The position numbers and the translations under genes were made by a program. DNA of 64,000 bases from a bacterium (GTDB lineage Bacteria; CLD3; SB21). The notes beneath the pieces are model-generated. The model saw only the letters and a program-made list of their open reading frames with translations. It made no database searches and was not told the DNA's origin. The stretch lies in the NCBI GenBank assembly GCA_013360215.1, contig JABWCP010000008.1, positions 1-64,000 on the forward strand. The letters run 5' to 3'. Of this stretch, positions 20,395 to 30,140 are shown one piece after another; position 1 is the first letter of the stretch, and every line of letters starts with the position of its first letter.

Positions 20395-22749
20395 ATGCTC
20401 AAAAGTTATCTCACTATGGCCTTGCGTACGTTATCCAAAAGCAAAGCTTATTCTTTCATCAATATTGCCGGCCTTGCCATCGGACTTACGTGTACGACGC
20501 TGATACTCCTGTGGGTGCAAGACGAATTGTCTTATAACCGTTTTCATGAAAAACTACCGCGCCTCTACCGCGTGATGGAAAGTCAGCACTATGCCAATGG
20601 TGAGGTTTTTACGACATCGGCTACGCCGGCTCCGCTGCTCTACCATCTTAAGGAGCGTTTTCCTGAATTCGAAGGCATCTCCCGAATGAATTTTTGGAAT
20701 AATATTCTTATCGAATACGGCGAAAAACGCATGTATGAAAACGACGGCCTCGGTGTGGACCCCGATTTTCTTACCATGTTTTCTTTTCCATTAATCAAAG
20801 GCGATCCGTTAACAGCACTCCATCAACCCGACGCCGTAGTACTCAGCGAAACCCTGGCCAAAAAATATTTCGGGAACGAAGATCCTATAGGTAAAACCAT
20901 CAAAATGGGTGGCCGCGACTTATTTAAAGTCACGGCTATAGCTGCCGATCCTCCGTTGCAATCGAGCATTAAATTTAATCTTTTGTGGTCCTTGTCGTAT
21001 CTGAAAGAAACACAGCCGGATAAAAGTAATTGGGATAATAACTGGCTGAGAATGTTTGCCGTTTTACAGCCGAATCAAAAAGGAACGGATGTAAGTGAAA
21101 AAATAAAAAATGTGATTATTGATCGTAATCCTAACATGGCGGTACGAATTGAATTATTCTTACAACCGCTAAGCGACATGTACCTGTACTCGGACTTCAA
21201 TAAAATACCGCCGCGCATCAACTACGTTTACATCTTATCAGGTATCGCATTTTTAATACTTTTGATCGCATGTATTAATTTTACCAATCTCGCTACGGCT
21301 CGCTCGATCAAACGCGCCAAAGAAGTCGGATTACGCAAAGTCGTAGGGGCCGATCGTTTTCAGCTCATTCGCCAATTCCTTATCGAATCCGTAACGATCA
21401 CGTTAGTCGCCATGTTATTATCGCTCATTCTGATCGAGCTGCTGGTTCCTTTTTTTAACGATCTCTCCGGAAAACAATTATCCTTACGTTGGGACGACAT
21501 ACAAACGTTTAGTTTGATGTGTGCGATGGTTCTTTTCACGGGATTGGTCTCAGGATTGTATCCGGCTATGGTACTCAGCCGTTACCAACCTGCTCTCGTA
21601 CTCAAAGGTTCATTCAGCAAGAGTATACAAGGCATGCGCCTTCGAAAAATTCTCGTATCGCTTCAGTTTACATTATCCATCGCGCTCGTCATCTGCACCA
21701 TCATCGCATACCAGCAGCTTCAGTATATGACGAATAAAAACCTCGGCTACGACAAGGAACATCTGGTTTACATTCGATTACTGGATGATACGGCCAAACA
21801 ATACCCCGTACTCAAAGAAAAGCTTCAACAGAAACCGGGTATCGTATCGGTTTCTGCCGCCGATCAGACGATGACCGGGTTTGGGAGTAACACATGGGGA
21901 TTAAAATGGCGCGGCCAACAAGAAGGCCAACGCATACTGACTACGTTTCTGCGTGTGGACTATGATTTTTTTGAAACGCACGGCATTCAGGTTTCTCAAG
22001 GGCGATTTTTCTCGAAAAATTTTGCCGCCGACAGCGGCGCCTTTATTGTCAACGAAGCGGCTATCCGGCAAATGAAGTTGGAGAATCCGCTTCAGGAAAC
22101 GATTACGCTATGGAACATACAAGGCCCTATCGTCGGTGTTGTCAAAGATTTTCACTTTCAATCCGTGCACCAGGAAATCACGCCTTTGATTTTTATACTC
22201 AATCCGGAACGCGTGAATGTTATGACCGTTCGCTTCGGACCATCGGAAACTACTAAAACTTTGGCTTCCATTGAAGAAACGTGGCAACAAGTACTCCCCC
22301 AATATCCTTTTGTATATCAATTTGTAGACGAAGAACTTGAGAAGCTATACAAAGCCGAGCAACGCCTGACCGGAATATATACGTCCTTTACGGTACTGGC
22401 GATTATCATATCCTGCCTCGGACTTTTCGGATTGGCCTCTTTTACGACGGAACAACGCACCAAAGAAATCGGCATTCGTAAAGTGCTTGGCGCCTCGATT
22501 CCGAAAATCATCATCATGCTTTCGACGGAATTTCTAAAGCTCGTTCTATTGTCCAATATTATCGCCTGGCCCGTTGCGTATTTCCTTATGAGTCGCTGGC
22601 TTCAGGATTTTGCGTTTCGCGTGGACATCGGCATTATGACATTTATTCTGGCCGGCACGACGGCGCTTTGTATTGCATTGATTACCGTCAGTTATCAAGC
22701 GATCAAAGCTTCATCCGCCAATCCCGTAGATGCGCTGAAGTATGAATAA
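20395..22749 (+). CDS. ABC permease, double MacB_PCD+FtsX (7/12)
   Basis: RAKEVGLRKVVGA; QRTKEIGIRKVLGAS; NPVDALKYE. Confidence 0.93.
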   Translation: MLKSYLTMALRTLSKSKAYSFINIAGLAIGLTCTTLILLWVQDELSYNRFHEKLPRLYRVMESQHYANGEVFTTSATPAPLLYHLKERFPEFEGISRMNFWNNILIEYGEKRMYENDGLGVDPDFLTMFSFPLIKGDPLTALHQPDAVVLSETLAKKYFGNEDPIGKTIKMGGRDLFKVTAIAADPPLQSSIKFNLLWSLSYLKETQPDKSNWDNNWLRMFAVLQPNQKGTDVSEKIKNVIIDRNPNMAVRIELFLQPLSDMYLYSDFNKIPPRINYVYILSGIAFLILLIACINFTNLATARSIKRAKEVGLRKVVGADRFQLIRQFLIESVTITLVAMLLSLILIELLVPFFNDLSGKQLSLRWDDIQTFSLMCAMVLFTGLVSGLYPAMVLSRYQPALVLKGSFSKSIQGMRLRKILVSLQFTLSIALVICTIIAYQQLQYMTNKNLGYDKEHLVYIRLLDDTAKQYPVLKEKLQQKPGIVSVSAADQTMTGFGSNTWGLKWRGQQEGQRILTTFLRVDYDFFETHGIQVSQGRFFSKNFAADSGAFIVNEAAIRQMKLENPLQETITLWNIQGPIVGVVKDFHFQSVHQEITPLIFILNPERVNVMTVRFGPSETTKTLASIEETWQQVLPQYPFVYQFVDEELEKLYKAEQRLTGIYTSFTVLAIIISCLGLFGLASFTTEQRTKEIGIRKVLGASIPKIIIMLSTEFLKLVLLSNIIAWPVAYFLMSRWLQDFAFRVDIGIMTFILAGTTALCIALITVSYQAIKASSANPVDALKYE

Positions 22750-22779
22750 TCTCCAATTTTTTAACACTAAAGGTGATGT

Positions 22780-25164
22780 ATGATATCCAATCATCTCAAA
22801 ATCGCATTTCGCAGCATCCTAAAAAATCGTTTTTTTTCTTTCATCAATGTTTTTGGGCTGTCACTGGGAATGATGTGCGTTATCCTGATCGCTGTTTATA
22901 TCGTTCATGAAACCGGATACGATCGATTTCATCGCAATGGTGATCGGATATATCGGGTATTACGGGTGAATCAAGATGCGCACGGGTTAAATCACGTTGC
23001 GGTGACTTCAGCTCCTTACGCGGACGCCATGGCCAATGACTTACCGGATGATCTGGAGTCCATTACGCGTGTGGCGCCCAACGACGGATTGATCTCGTAC
23101 AACGGCACGTCTTTTAGTGAAAAAAAACTTTATTATGTGGATGCTAATTTTTTTCAGTTTTTTTCCTATACACTTACCAAAGGCGATCCGGCTTCCGTTC
23201 TCAGCAATCCCAACGATGTCGTGCTGACCGAGGCAACCGCCAGAAAATATTTCGGCGAAGAAAATCCTATCGGCAAAATCATTCGATTAGACAATGAGAT
23301 TGATCTCAAAGTCACCGGTATCGCTAAATCAGCGCCCAATAATTCGCATCTGAATTTTGACGTGGTCGCCAATCTGACATTATTCAAAGACCGTAAGTGG
23401 TATTCCAACTGGTGGAATAATTTTCTGTTTACCTACATCACGTTGAAACCGGGCATAATCGCCGCTCTAACGGAGCAAAAACTCCCCGCGTTCATGGATA
23501 AATATTTTGGAGAAGATTTTAAAAAACAGGGGCGGCGCATGGATTTGTCCTTGCAGCCGTTGCAGTCGATTTATCTGGATCACCATACGCAATTTGACTT
23601 GATACCTCACGGCAACGATCAATCGTTGTTTGTTTTTTTATGTGTAAGCTTGATGGTGCTACTGATTGCCGCGCTTAATTTTATGAACCTATCGACTGCA
23701 AAATCCGCTATGCGCGCCAAAGAGGTAGGGCTCCGCAAAGTAGTCGGCGCGCATCGCCGCACTCTGATGGTCCAATTTTTGGCCGAATCATCCATCGTTG
23801 CGTTCATTGCATTGACATTAGCGCTGACGGGCACGGAGCTTGTTCTGCCCTATATGAATGCTTTTCTTGAGAAAGAGTTGTCTTGGACATCCGATCCGTT
23901 ACTCTTTTTGCCTTACTTCATTTTGGGTACACTCATGATGGGCGGATTGGCCGGCCTGTATCCCGCTTTGGTTCTTTCATCCTTTAAGCCGGTCGATGCA
24001 CTCAAGTATAAACTCCACTCCGGTACACAACGCAGTCGCCTGTGGAAAGCCGTTGTTATCGCACAGTTTGGAATCGCCACATTCCTCATCATCGCTGTCA
24101 TCACGATGTTTGCACAGTTTGATTTTATCCAATCTAAAAATTTGGGATTTGATAAAGACGAAATCCTGCTTGTACCGCTTGACAACAGCGACATTCGTAA
24201 AAATATAGAATCGTTTAAAGATCGTCTTGCTGCCAATCCGAGCATTATTCAGGCTTCGTCCATGTCCGGTGAGCCCGGCGGCTTTCATGACAAATTTGGC
24301 TTTGAAATCGAAGGGAAAACATCAAACGAAAGTTTTATGATGCGCACGGTTTTTGCGGATTTTAATTACACCAAAACTTTCGGCTTAAAAATTGTCGCCG
24401 GCAGGAATTTTTCTAAAGAATTCGGAACCGACAAAGACGGTATTCTTTTAAATGAGACGGCCGCGCGTGCATTGGGTTGGTCGCCGGATGAAGCACTCGG
24501 AAAAAAAATGAAAATAACGTTGCTCCGCGACAGTGATACGAAAACCGTGATCGGCGTGGTGAAGGATTATCATTTTGAATCTTTGAAAGATGAAATACAA
24601 CCGTTGGCTATTTCCATCCACGCGGATAACCGAATTTGCGCCGTCAAAATCAAATCGGATGACGTGCAAGAGAGCATTATGCATATTGAAAAAACGTGGA
24701 TGCAACTTGCCGCGGCGTATCCTTTTGAATACAAATTTTTAGACCAGCGTTTGGACCGCTTGTATCGCAACGAACAAAAACAAAGTCGCCTCATTATCGT
24801 TTTTTCTGTTTTTGCTATTGTGATTGCTTGCCTTGGCCTTTTGGGTCTCGCGATTTTTGACGCTGAGAAACGAACAAAAGAAATCGGAGTGCGCAAAGTT
24901 TTAGGTGCAGGCACGATGCAGATCACAGGCACATTGGTACGTAAATTTCTCACACTGGTAATGACAGCCAACATTATCGCCGTACCATTGGCTTATTTAG
25001 CCATGAAAACCTGGCTGGAGAATTTTGCCTATCGCACGGATCAGAATGCGTTCACGTATTTGATGGCGGCCCTGATCGCCGTATGTATTGCGATGCTTAC
25101 GATAGGATTGCAGGCTATAAAAACGGCACGCGGTAATCCCGTAAACGCATTGAAACATGAATAA
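22780..25164 (+). CDS. ABC permease, double MacB_PCD+FtsX (8/12)
   Basis: RAKEVGLRKVVGA; RTKEIGVRKVLGA; NPVNALKHE. Confidence 0.93.
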   Translation: MISNHLKIAFRSILKNRFFSFINVFGLSLGMMCVILIAVYIVHETGYDRFHRNGDRIYRVLRVNQDAHGLNHVAVTSAPYADAMANDLPDDLESITRVAPNDGLISYNGTSFSEKKLYYVDANFFQFFSYTLTKGDPASVLSNPNDVVLTEATARKYFGEENPIGKIIRLDNEIDLKVTGIAKSAPNNSHLNFDVVANLTLFKDRKWYSNWWNNFLFTYITLKPGIIAALTEQKLPAFMDKYFGEDFKKQGRRMDLSLQPLQSIYLDHHTQFDLIPHGNDQSLFVFLCVSLMVLLIAALNFMNLSTAKSAMRAKEVGLRKVVGAHRRTLMVQFLAESSIVAFIALTLALTGTELVLPYMNAFLEKELSWTSDPLLFLPYFILGTLMMGGLAGLYPALVLSSFKPVDALKYKLHSGTQRSRLWKAVVIAQFGIATFLIIAVITMFAQFDFIQSKNLGFDKDEILLVPLDNSDIRKNIESFKDRLAANPSIIQASSMSGEPGGFHDKFGFEIEGKTSNESFMMRTVFADFNYTKTFGLKIVAGRNFSKEFGTDKDGILLNETAARALGWSPDEALGKKMKITLLRDSDTKTVIGVVKDYHFESLKDEIQPLAISIHADNRICAVKIKSDDVQESIMHIEKTWMQLAAAYPFEYKFLDQRLDRLYRNEQKQSRLIIVFSVFAIVIACLGLLGLAIFDAEKRTKEIGVRKVLGAGTMQITGTLVRKFLTLVMTANIIAVPLAYLAMKTWLENFAYRTDQNAFTYLMAALIAVCIAMLTIGLQAIKTARGNPVNALKHE

Positions 25165-25191
25165 TCACCGCTCATAACCGAAAGTGTTTTT

Positions 25192-27594
25192 ATGATCCTT
25201 TATTATGTAACGGTAGCTCTGAGGCATCTCAAAAAAAGCATCTGGTTTTCATCCATCAATCTGATCGGATTAACGGTCGGTTTAGCTGCATGCATCATGT
25301 TATGTTTGTATTTAGCGCACGAGTTATCGTTTGATCGTTTTCACGAAAAAGCTGAACGGATGTACCGTATCGTGGAGCACCAATCATCGGGCGATACGAT
25401 GGAACGCCTAGCCGCGCATACCGCCGGACCTCTTGCTGACCATCTTAAATCGAAATCGGATATCGAATCGGCAACGCAAGTGCGCCGTTTAGGCCGCTAT
25501 ACCATCACGGTCGGAGATAACCGGTTTTATGAAGGCGATTATCTATTCGCCGATCCCACATTTTTTGAAGTTTTTGATTTTCCGATGCGCAGCGGCAATC
25601 CTTCACTTTCATTAAGCGAACCCCTGTCCGTCGTATTAACTCCGGAATCGGCACTACGATATTTCGGTCATACGGATGTTGTCGGCCGATTTCTATCCGT
25701 CGAAAGTTTTGGACTCGTCAAAGTTACAGGTTTATTGCAAACACTGCCCGGCAATTCACATCTTCAATTCAGTATGTTGTTTTCAATTTCTTCCATTCAG
25801 GATCAGCGTTTCAAAAAATTCAAAGAAAGCTGGGAGTCCGGTGGATTTATTACGTACGCTGTTGCACGCGAAGGTGTGAACATAAATACTTTAGAAAAGG
25901 ATGTCCTGAATATCATAAACGAAAAAATCGGCCATACCAATAAACGTCGCACGATACAGTTACAACCGCTGACGGATATCCATCTTTATTCGAGTGCTAT
26001 CGAATCTGACCGCAATTTTCAAAAAAGCGATCCTCAATATTTGTACCTTTTTTCGGCCATTGCGCTGTTTATTCTCATTATCGCCACGATCAACTATATC
26101 AATCTTTCCACGGCGCGTTCTCTGCATCGGGCGCGCGAGGTCGGCGTGCGAAAATCCGTCGGCGCCCGTCTTCCGCAGTTGATCGGCCAGTTTGTAAGCG
26201 AATCGGTTTTGCTGGTGTTTATTGCGATGATCTTTGCATGCGGTTTGGTTGAACTTTTTGTCACGCATTTTAGTGCATTGATCGGGAAACCGATATCGTT
26301 TTCTGTTTTCAACAATCCTTTTCTTATCGCATTGATAATCCTTTTCACACTCACGGTCGGGCTCCTTTCAGGCGCCTATCCGGCATTTCACCTTTCGAGA
26401 CTCAATGTGATTCATATTTTCAAAGGGTATTCGCGTTCATCTAAACATGAACGTGGTATCCGCGCGGGTCTTGTCGTCGGTCAATTTACATTATCCATCG
26501 TGATGATCGTTACCACCATCGCCGCCTATAGGCAGTTAACTTATATTCGTGAAAAAAATCTCGGCTTTGAAAGTGAACATTTGGTAGTTATCGATATCAA
26601 TTCGGGTGAAGTGCGCAAGCATCTAGTCGGTATGAAATCCCAGTTCGCCTCACACTCGTCGGTAAAATCCGTCAGTGTGACTTCACGCGTACCTGGCGAA
26701 TGGAAAGATATTCCCGAAGTGGAAGCTTATTCACCGGGCGTAACCCAATCCGTAAAAACTGCGTTTATTGCCTCCGATATGGATTTTCTTCATACGTTCG
26801 GTGTACAACTTATTCGGGGACGCAATTTTTCCGATGCGATGGGTACCGATTCGTTCAGCGTAATAATCAATGAAACGGCGGCCAAAGCTTGGGGATGGGA
26901 TGAACCTATCGGCCAACGTATTCGCGTGCCGGACCGTCAGTTCGAAGCAACGATTGTCGGCGTTGTCGGTGATTTCCATTTTCGCTCTCTTCATGATAAA
27001 ATCCAACCTTTGATCATAGGTTTTTTATCGCCACTCGGTGAACATCCGATAGATCGAAGCGATTATTTTTCGGTTCGTTTCACGGCAGACAACATGAATG
27101 ACTTGATGCTTCACCTTCGTCAGGTGGGTGAAAAGTATGACCCGGAACATCCTTTTGAATATAATTTTTTGAATGAGAAACTTGCTTCCTTTTATCAGGA
27201 AGATGAACGTATCGGCAACATTTTTATTGTAAGTGCGGCGTTTACAATATTTATCTCCTGTCTTGGGCTTTTTAGTTTATCATCATTTTCGGCTGAACAA
27301 CGACGCAAAGAAATAGGCATCCGAAAAGTTATGGGGGCTCATACCCATCGCCTCGTTTTCTTCCTGGCAAAAGATTTTCTTAAATTGGTTGTGTTTGCAA
27401 TTCTTGTGGCCGTACCGATAGCCTACGCCGTCCTTGTTTATTGGTTGAGTAATTTCGCATACCGCATCGGCATCGAACCGGATTTATTCATATCCGGAGG
27501 GTTGATAGCGCTCGGCATTGCATGGGTAACGGTCGCCTATCAGGCGTATCGTGCCGCATCCGCCAATCCCGTGGATGCACTGAAGTATGAGTAA
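25192..27594 (+). CDS. ABC permease, double MacB_PCD+FtsX (9/12)
   Basis: RAREVGVRKSVGA; RRKEIGIRKVMGA; NPVDALKYE. Confidence 0.93.
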   Translation: MILYYVTVALRHLKKSIWFSSINLIGLTVGLAACIMLCLYLAHELSFDRFHEKAERMYRIVEHQSSGDTMERLAAHTAGPLADHLKSKSDIESATQVRRLGRYTITVGDNRFYEGDYLFADPTFFEVFDFPMRSGNPSLSLSEPLSVVLTPESALRYFGHTDVVGRFLSVESFGLVKVTGLLQTLPGNSHLQFSMLFSISSIQDQRFKKFKESWESGGFITYAVAREGVNINTLEKDVLNIINEKIGHTNKRRTIQLQPLTDIHLYSSAIESDRNFQKSDPQYLYLFSAIALFILIIATINYINLSTARSLHRAREVGVRKSVGARLPQLIGQFVSESVLLVFIAMIFACGLVELFVTHFSALIGKPISFSVFNNPFLIALIILFTLTVGLLSGAYPAFHLSRLNVIHIFKGYSRSSKHERGIRAGLVVGQFTLSIVMIVTTIAAYRQLTYIREKNLGFESEHLVVIDINSGEVRKHLVGMKSQFASHSSVKSVSVTSRVPGEWKDIPEVEAYSPGVTQSVKTAFIASDMDFLHTFGVQLIRGRNFSDAMGTDSFSVIINETAAKAWGWDEPIGQRIRVPDRQFEATIVGVVGDFHFRSLHDKIQPLIIGFLSPLGEHPIDRSDYFSVRFTADNMNDLMLHLRQVGEKYDPEHPFEYNFLNEKLASFYQEDERIGNIFIVSAAFTIFISCLGLFSLSSFSAEQRRKEIGIRKVMGAHTHRLVFFLAKDFLKLVVFAILVAVPIAYAVLVYWLSNFAYRIGIEPDLFISGGLIALGIAWVTVAYQAYRAASANPVDALKYE

Positions 27595-27652
27595 AAAGTT
27601 TTGAATAAATACGTTAACCGCTGCGTCCGAAAAAAAAATCGAAAGGCCGCCA

Positions 27653-30022
27653 ATGCTGTTTAATTTCCTAAAAGTCAGCCTGCGCAATATGTGGCGCAAC
27701 CGTGCTTACGCCGCGATCAACATTATCGGTTTGACCGTAGGTCTGACGGCATGTTTCATCATTGGCGTGTATGTGATTCATGAAACATCCTACGATCGGT
27801 TTCATGAAAAATCCGAACGTATCTATCGTATTCATTCAGATACACGGGGTTTTGGTTTGTCGAACGCCTCTTCACCGGCGTTGTTTTCAGAATTACATAA
27901 ATATAATGCGATAGCAAGCGCAACACGGGTCTTTCGCCATTGGTTTGACCCTCTGGTTTCACGCGATAAAGAAAACGGTTTTATCGAAAGTCAATTTTTC
28001 TTTGCGGATTCGTCTGTATTTGATGTGTTTAGTTTAACTCTTCTCGCAGGTGAAGGGCGAGAAGCGCTTGGGCGACCGATGACCGTATTATTAACCGCTT
28101 CGACTGCGCGCAAATATTTCGGGAAACAGTCTCCGGTAGGATCAATATTAAAATATAATGCCGAACATGAATTCACCGTCGCCGGCGTTATTGACGATTT
28201 TCCATCCACTTCGCATGTGCGGCCTGATTTTATCGCTTCGATGGGTTCGACGGAAAAAATATTCTGGCCGACATTTTTAAAATCAAGCGGCAACCTTGTA
28301 AAAACCTATATCGTCGTACGCCCGGAGGCATCGGTCGAAAACCTCGCAGCCGATCTGACAAGTATCTATACGACGCGCTACGGTAATGATAATCGTGTCA
28401 CCCTCAGCCTGATGCCGCTTACCGACATTCATCTCAAATCCACCGTCGAAAAAGATTTTAGTGTCAACAACGATATACGCTATGTACAGCTGTTGGGCGT
28501 CATCGGATTAATCATCATTTTGATTTCGCTGATTAACTATACCAATCTTACCGCGGCGCGAAGCCTCTCGCGCAGTAAAGAGGTGGGTATTCGCCAAACG
28601 CTCGGCGGTTTTCGCTCGATGATCGTCATCCAGTTTTTATGCGAATCATTTTTATTCGTTTTGTTAGGACTCGCTTTTTCGATGGTCCTTTCGGAAATGT
28701 TGTTTCCTGCGATTAATCGTATGACCTCCATTCATCTCAGTTTTTCGTTATTGGATAGCACACACTGGATGATGATCGCCGCATCCGTCGTCCTGCTGGC
28801 CATAACGGGCGGGGTCTATCCGGCGTGGATCGTCGCGCGATTTAAAATAGTCCATACTCTGAAAGGACGGGTCGAACACGTACGCGGCCGTTGGCTGCGC
28901 AAAGGTCTCGTCATTTCGCAATTTGTTTCCGGCGTAATTCTGATCGTAGCGACAAGTGTGATCTGGCATCAGATGCAGTTTATCCGTGAAGCGCGATTAG
29001 GTTTTACTAAAGAAGAAGTGGCGATCGTACGTCTGATGGATCCTTCGGTTGCATCCAATCTCCCCGCACTCAAACAGCGTTGGCTCAATATTCCGGGTGT
29101 CCAATCCGTAGCCTTAGCCAATGCTATGCCCGGTAAAACGCATGCCGGTGATTACATTTCACACCGCGGCACGGATGAAGACCTAGCCGTCGCGGTCAAC
29201 TGGATAGATGAAGGTTTTGTGCCGACCATGGATCTTTCAATCATCGCTGGTCGCAATATTTCACCCCCTCATCCGACCGACAACGACGGATCGGTTTTGA
29301 TCAACGAAGCCACGGCGCGTGAACTGGGATACCCCGATCCGGAAAAAGCGATCGGCACGCTGATCACCCTTCAGGGAACTGACGGCGGTAAACAACGAAC
29401 CGTCGTCGGTGTGGTAAATGATTTTCATTACGAAAGCTTTAGACACAAAATTACGCCGTTGATTCTCGTTCCACAGTTCGAACGATGCGCCTACCTTATG
29501 GTTCGTTGCAATACGCAAGCATTGGATCAGACACTGGATCGGATCAAAACCGTCTGGTCGGAGATGGCCACGGAGCAACCGTTTGCCTTCACGTTTTTAG
29601 ATGACTCATTTCAGCAGTTGTATGCGCAGGATCGTCGGTGGTCTCTGGTCGTCGGTGCCGGGGCTTCGGCCGCTCTGATCATCGCATGCCTCGGTCTTTT
29701 CGGATTAGTTATTTTCAGCGTCCAACGCCGCGTCAAAGAAATCGGTGTACGCAAAATTCTCGGCGCTACGATCGGTAATATTATCCGGTTACTTACTAAA
29801 GAATATCTTTTACTGATCGGTGCAGCCAATATGATCGCTTGGCCGATAGCCTATTATTGGATGCAGGAATGGCTCACTCAATTTGTTTACCGCCCTTCGT
29901 TTCCATGGCTTGCATTTCCTTTGGCGCTGGTTGCAACGATGAGCATGGCCATGCTGACGATTGGTTTTCAGGCATTCAAAGCGGCTGTGACCAATCCGAT
30001 ACATTCGCTCAAATATGAATAA
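27653..30022 (+). CDS. ABC permease, double MacB_PCD+FtsX (10/12)
   Basis: RSKEVGIRQTLGG; RVKEIGVRKILGA; NPIHSLKYE. Confidence 0.93.
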   Translation: MLFNFLKVSLRNMWRNRAYAAINIIGLTVGLTACFIIGVYVIHETSYDRFHEKSERIYRIHSDTRGFGLSNASSPALFSELHKYNAIASATRVFRHWFDPLVSRDKENGFIESQFFFADSSVFDVFSLTLLAGEGREALGRPMTVLLTASTARKYFGKQSPVGSILKYNAEHEFTVAGVIDDFPSTSHVRPDFIASMGSTEKIFWPTFLKSSGNLVKTYIVVRPEASVENLAADLTSIYTTRYGNDNRVTLSLMPLTDIHLKSTVEKDFSVNNDIRYVQLLGVIGLIIILISLINYTNLTAARSLSRSKEVGIRQTLGGFRSMIVIQFLCESFLFVLLGLAFSMVLSEMLFPAINRMTSIHLSFSLLDSTHWMMIAASVVLLAITGGVYPAWIVARFKIVHTLKGRVEHVRGRWLRKGLVISQFVSGVILIVATSVIWHQMQFIREARLGFTKEEVAIVRLMDPSVASNLPALKQRWLNIPGVQSVALANAMPGKTHAGDYISHRGTDEDLAVAVNWIDEGFVPTMDLSIIAGRNISPPHPTDNDGSVLINEATARELGYPDPEKAIGTLITLQGTDGGKQRTVVGVVNDFHYESFRHKITPLILVPQFERCAYLMVRCNTQALDQTLDRIKTVWSEMATEQPFAFTFLDDSFQQLYAQDRRWSLVVGAGASAALIIACLGLFGLVIFSVQRRVKEIGVRKILGATIGNIIRLLTKEYLLLIGAANMIAWPIAYYWMQEWLTQFVYRPSFPWLAFPLALVATMSMAMLTIGFQAFKAAVTNPIHSLKYE

Positions 30023-30053
30023 TACGTGTACGATCAAAACGCATCATTTTTAT

Positions 30054-30080
30054 GGCAACCTTATGATGAGGTCAAACGTA
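30054..30080 (+). promoter_or_regulatory. possible internal ECF-sigma promoter
   Basis: GGCAAC-N17-CGTA in the widest gap between permease genes. Confidence 0.4.
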
Positions 30081-30140
30081 TAAAAATTGATTTACGCGCT
30101 TGTTAAATAACACAATTTTCAACCTTAAGAGACGAGCCCC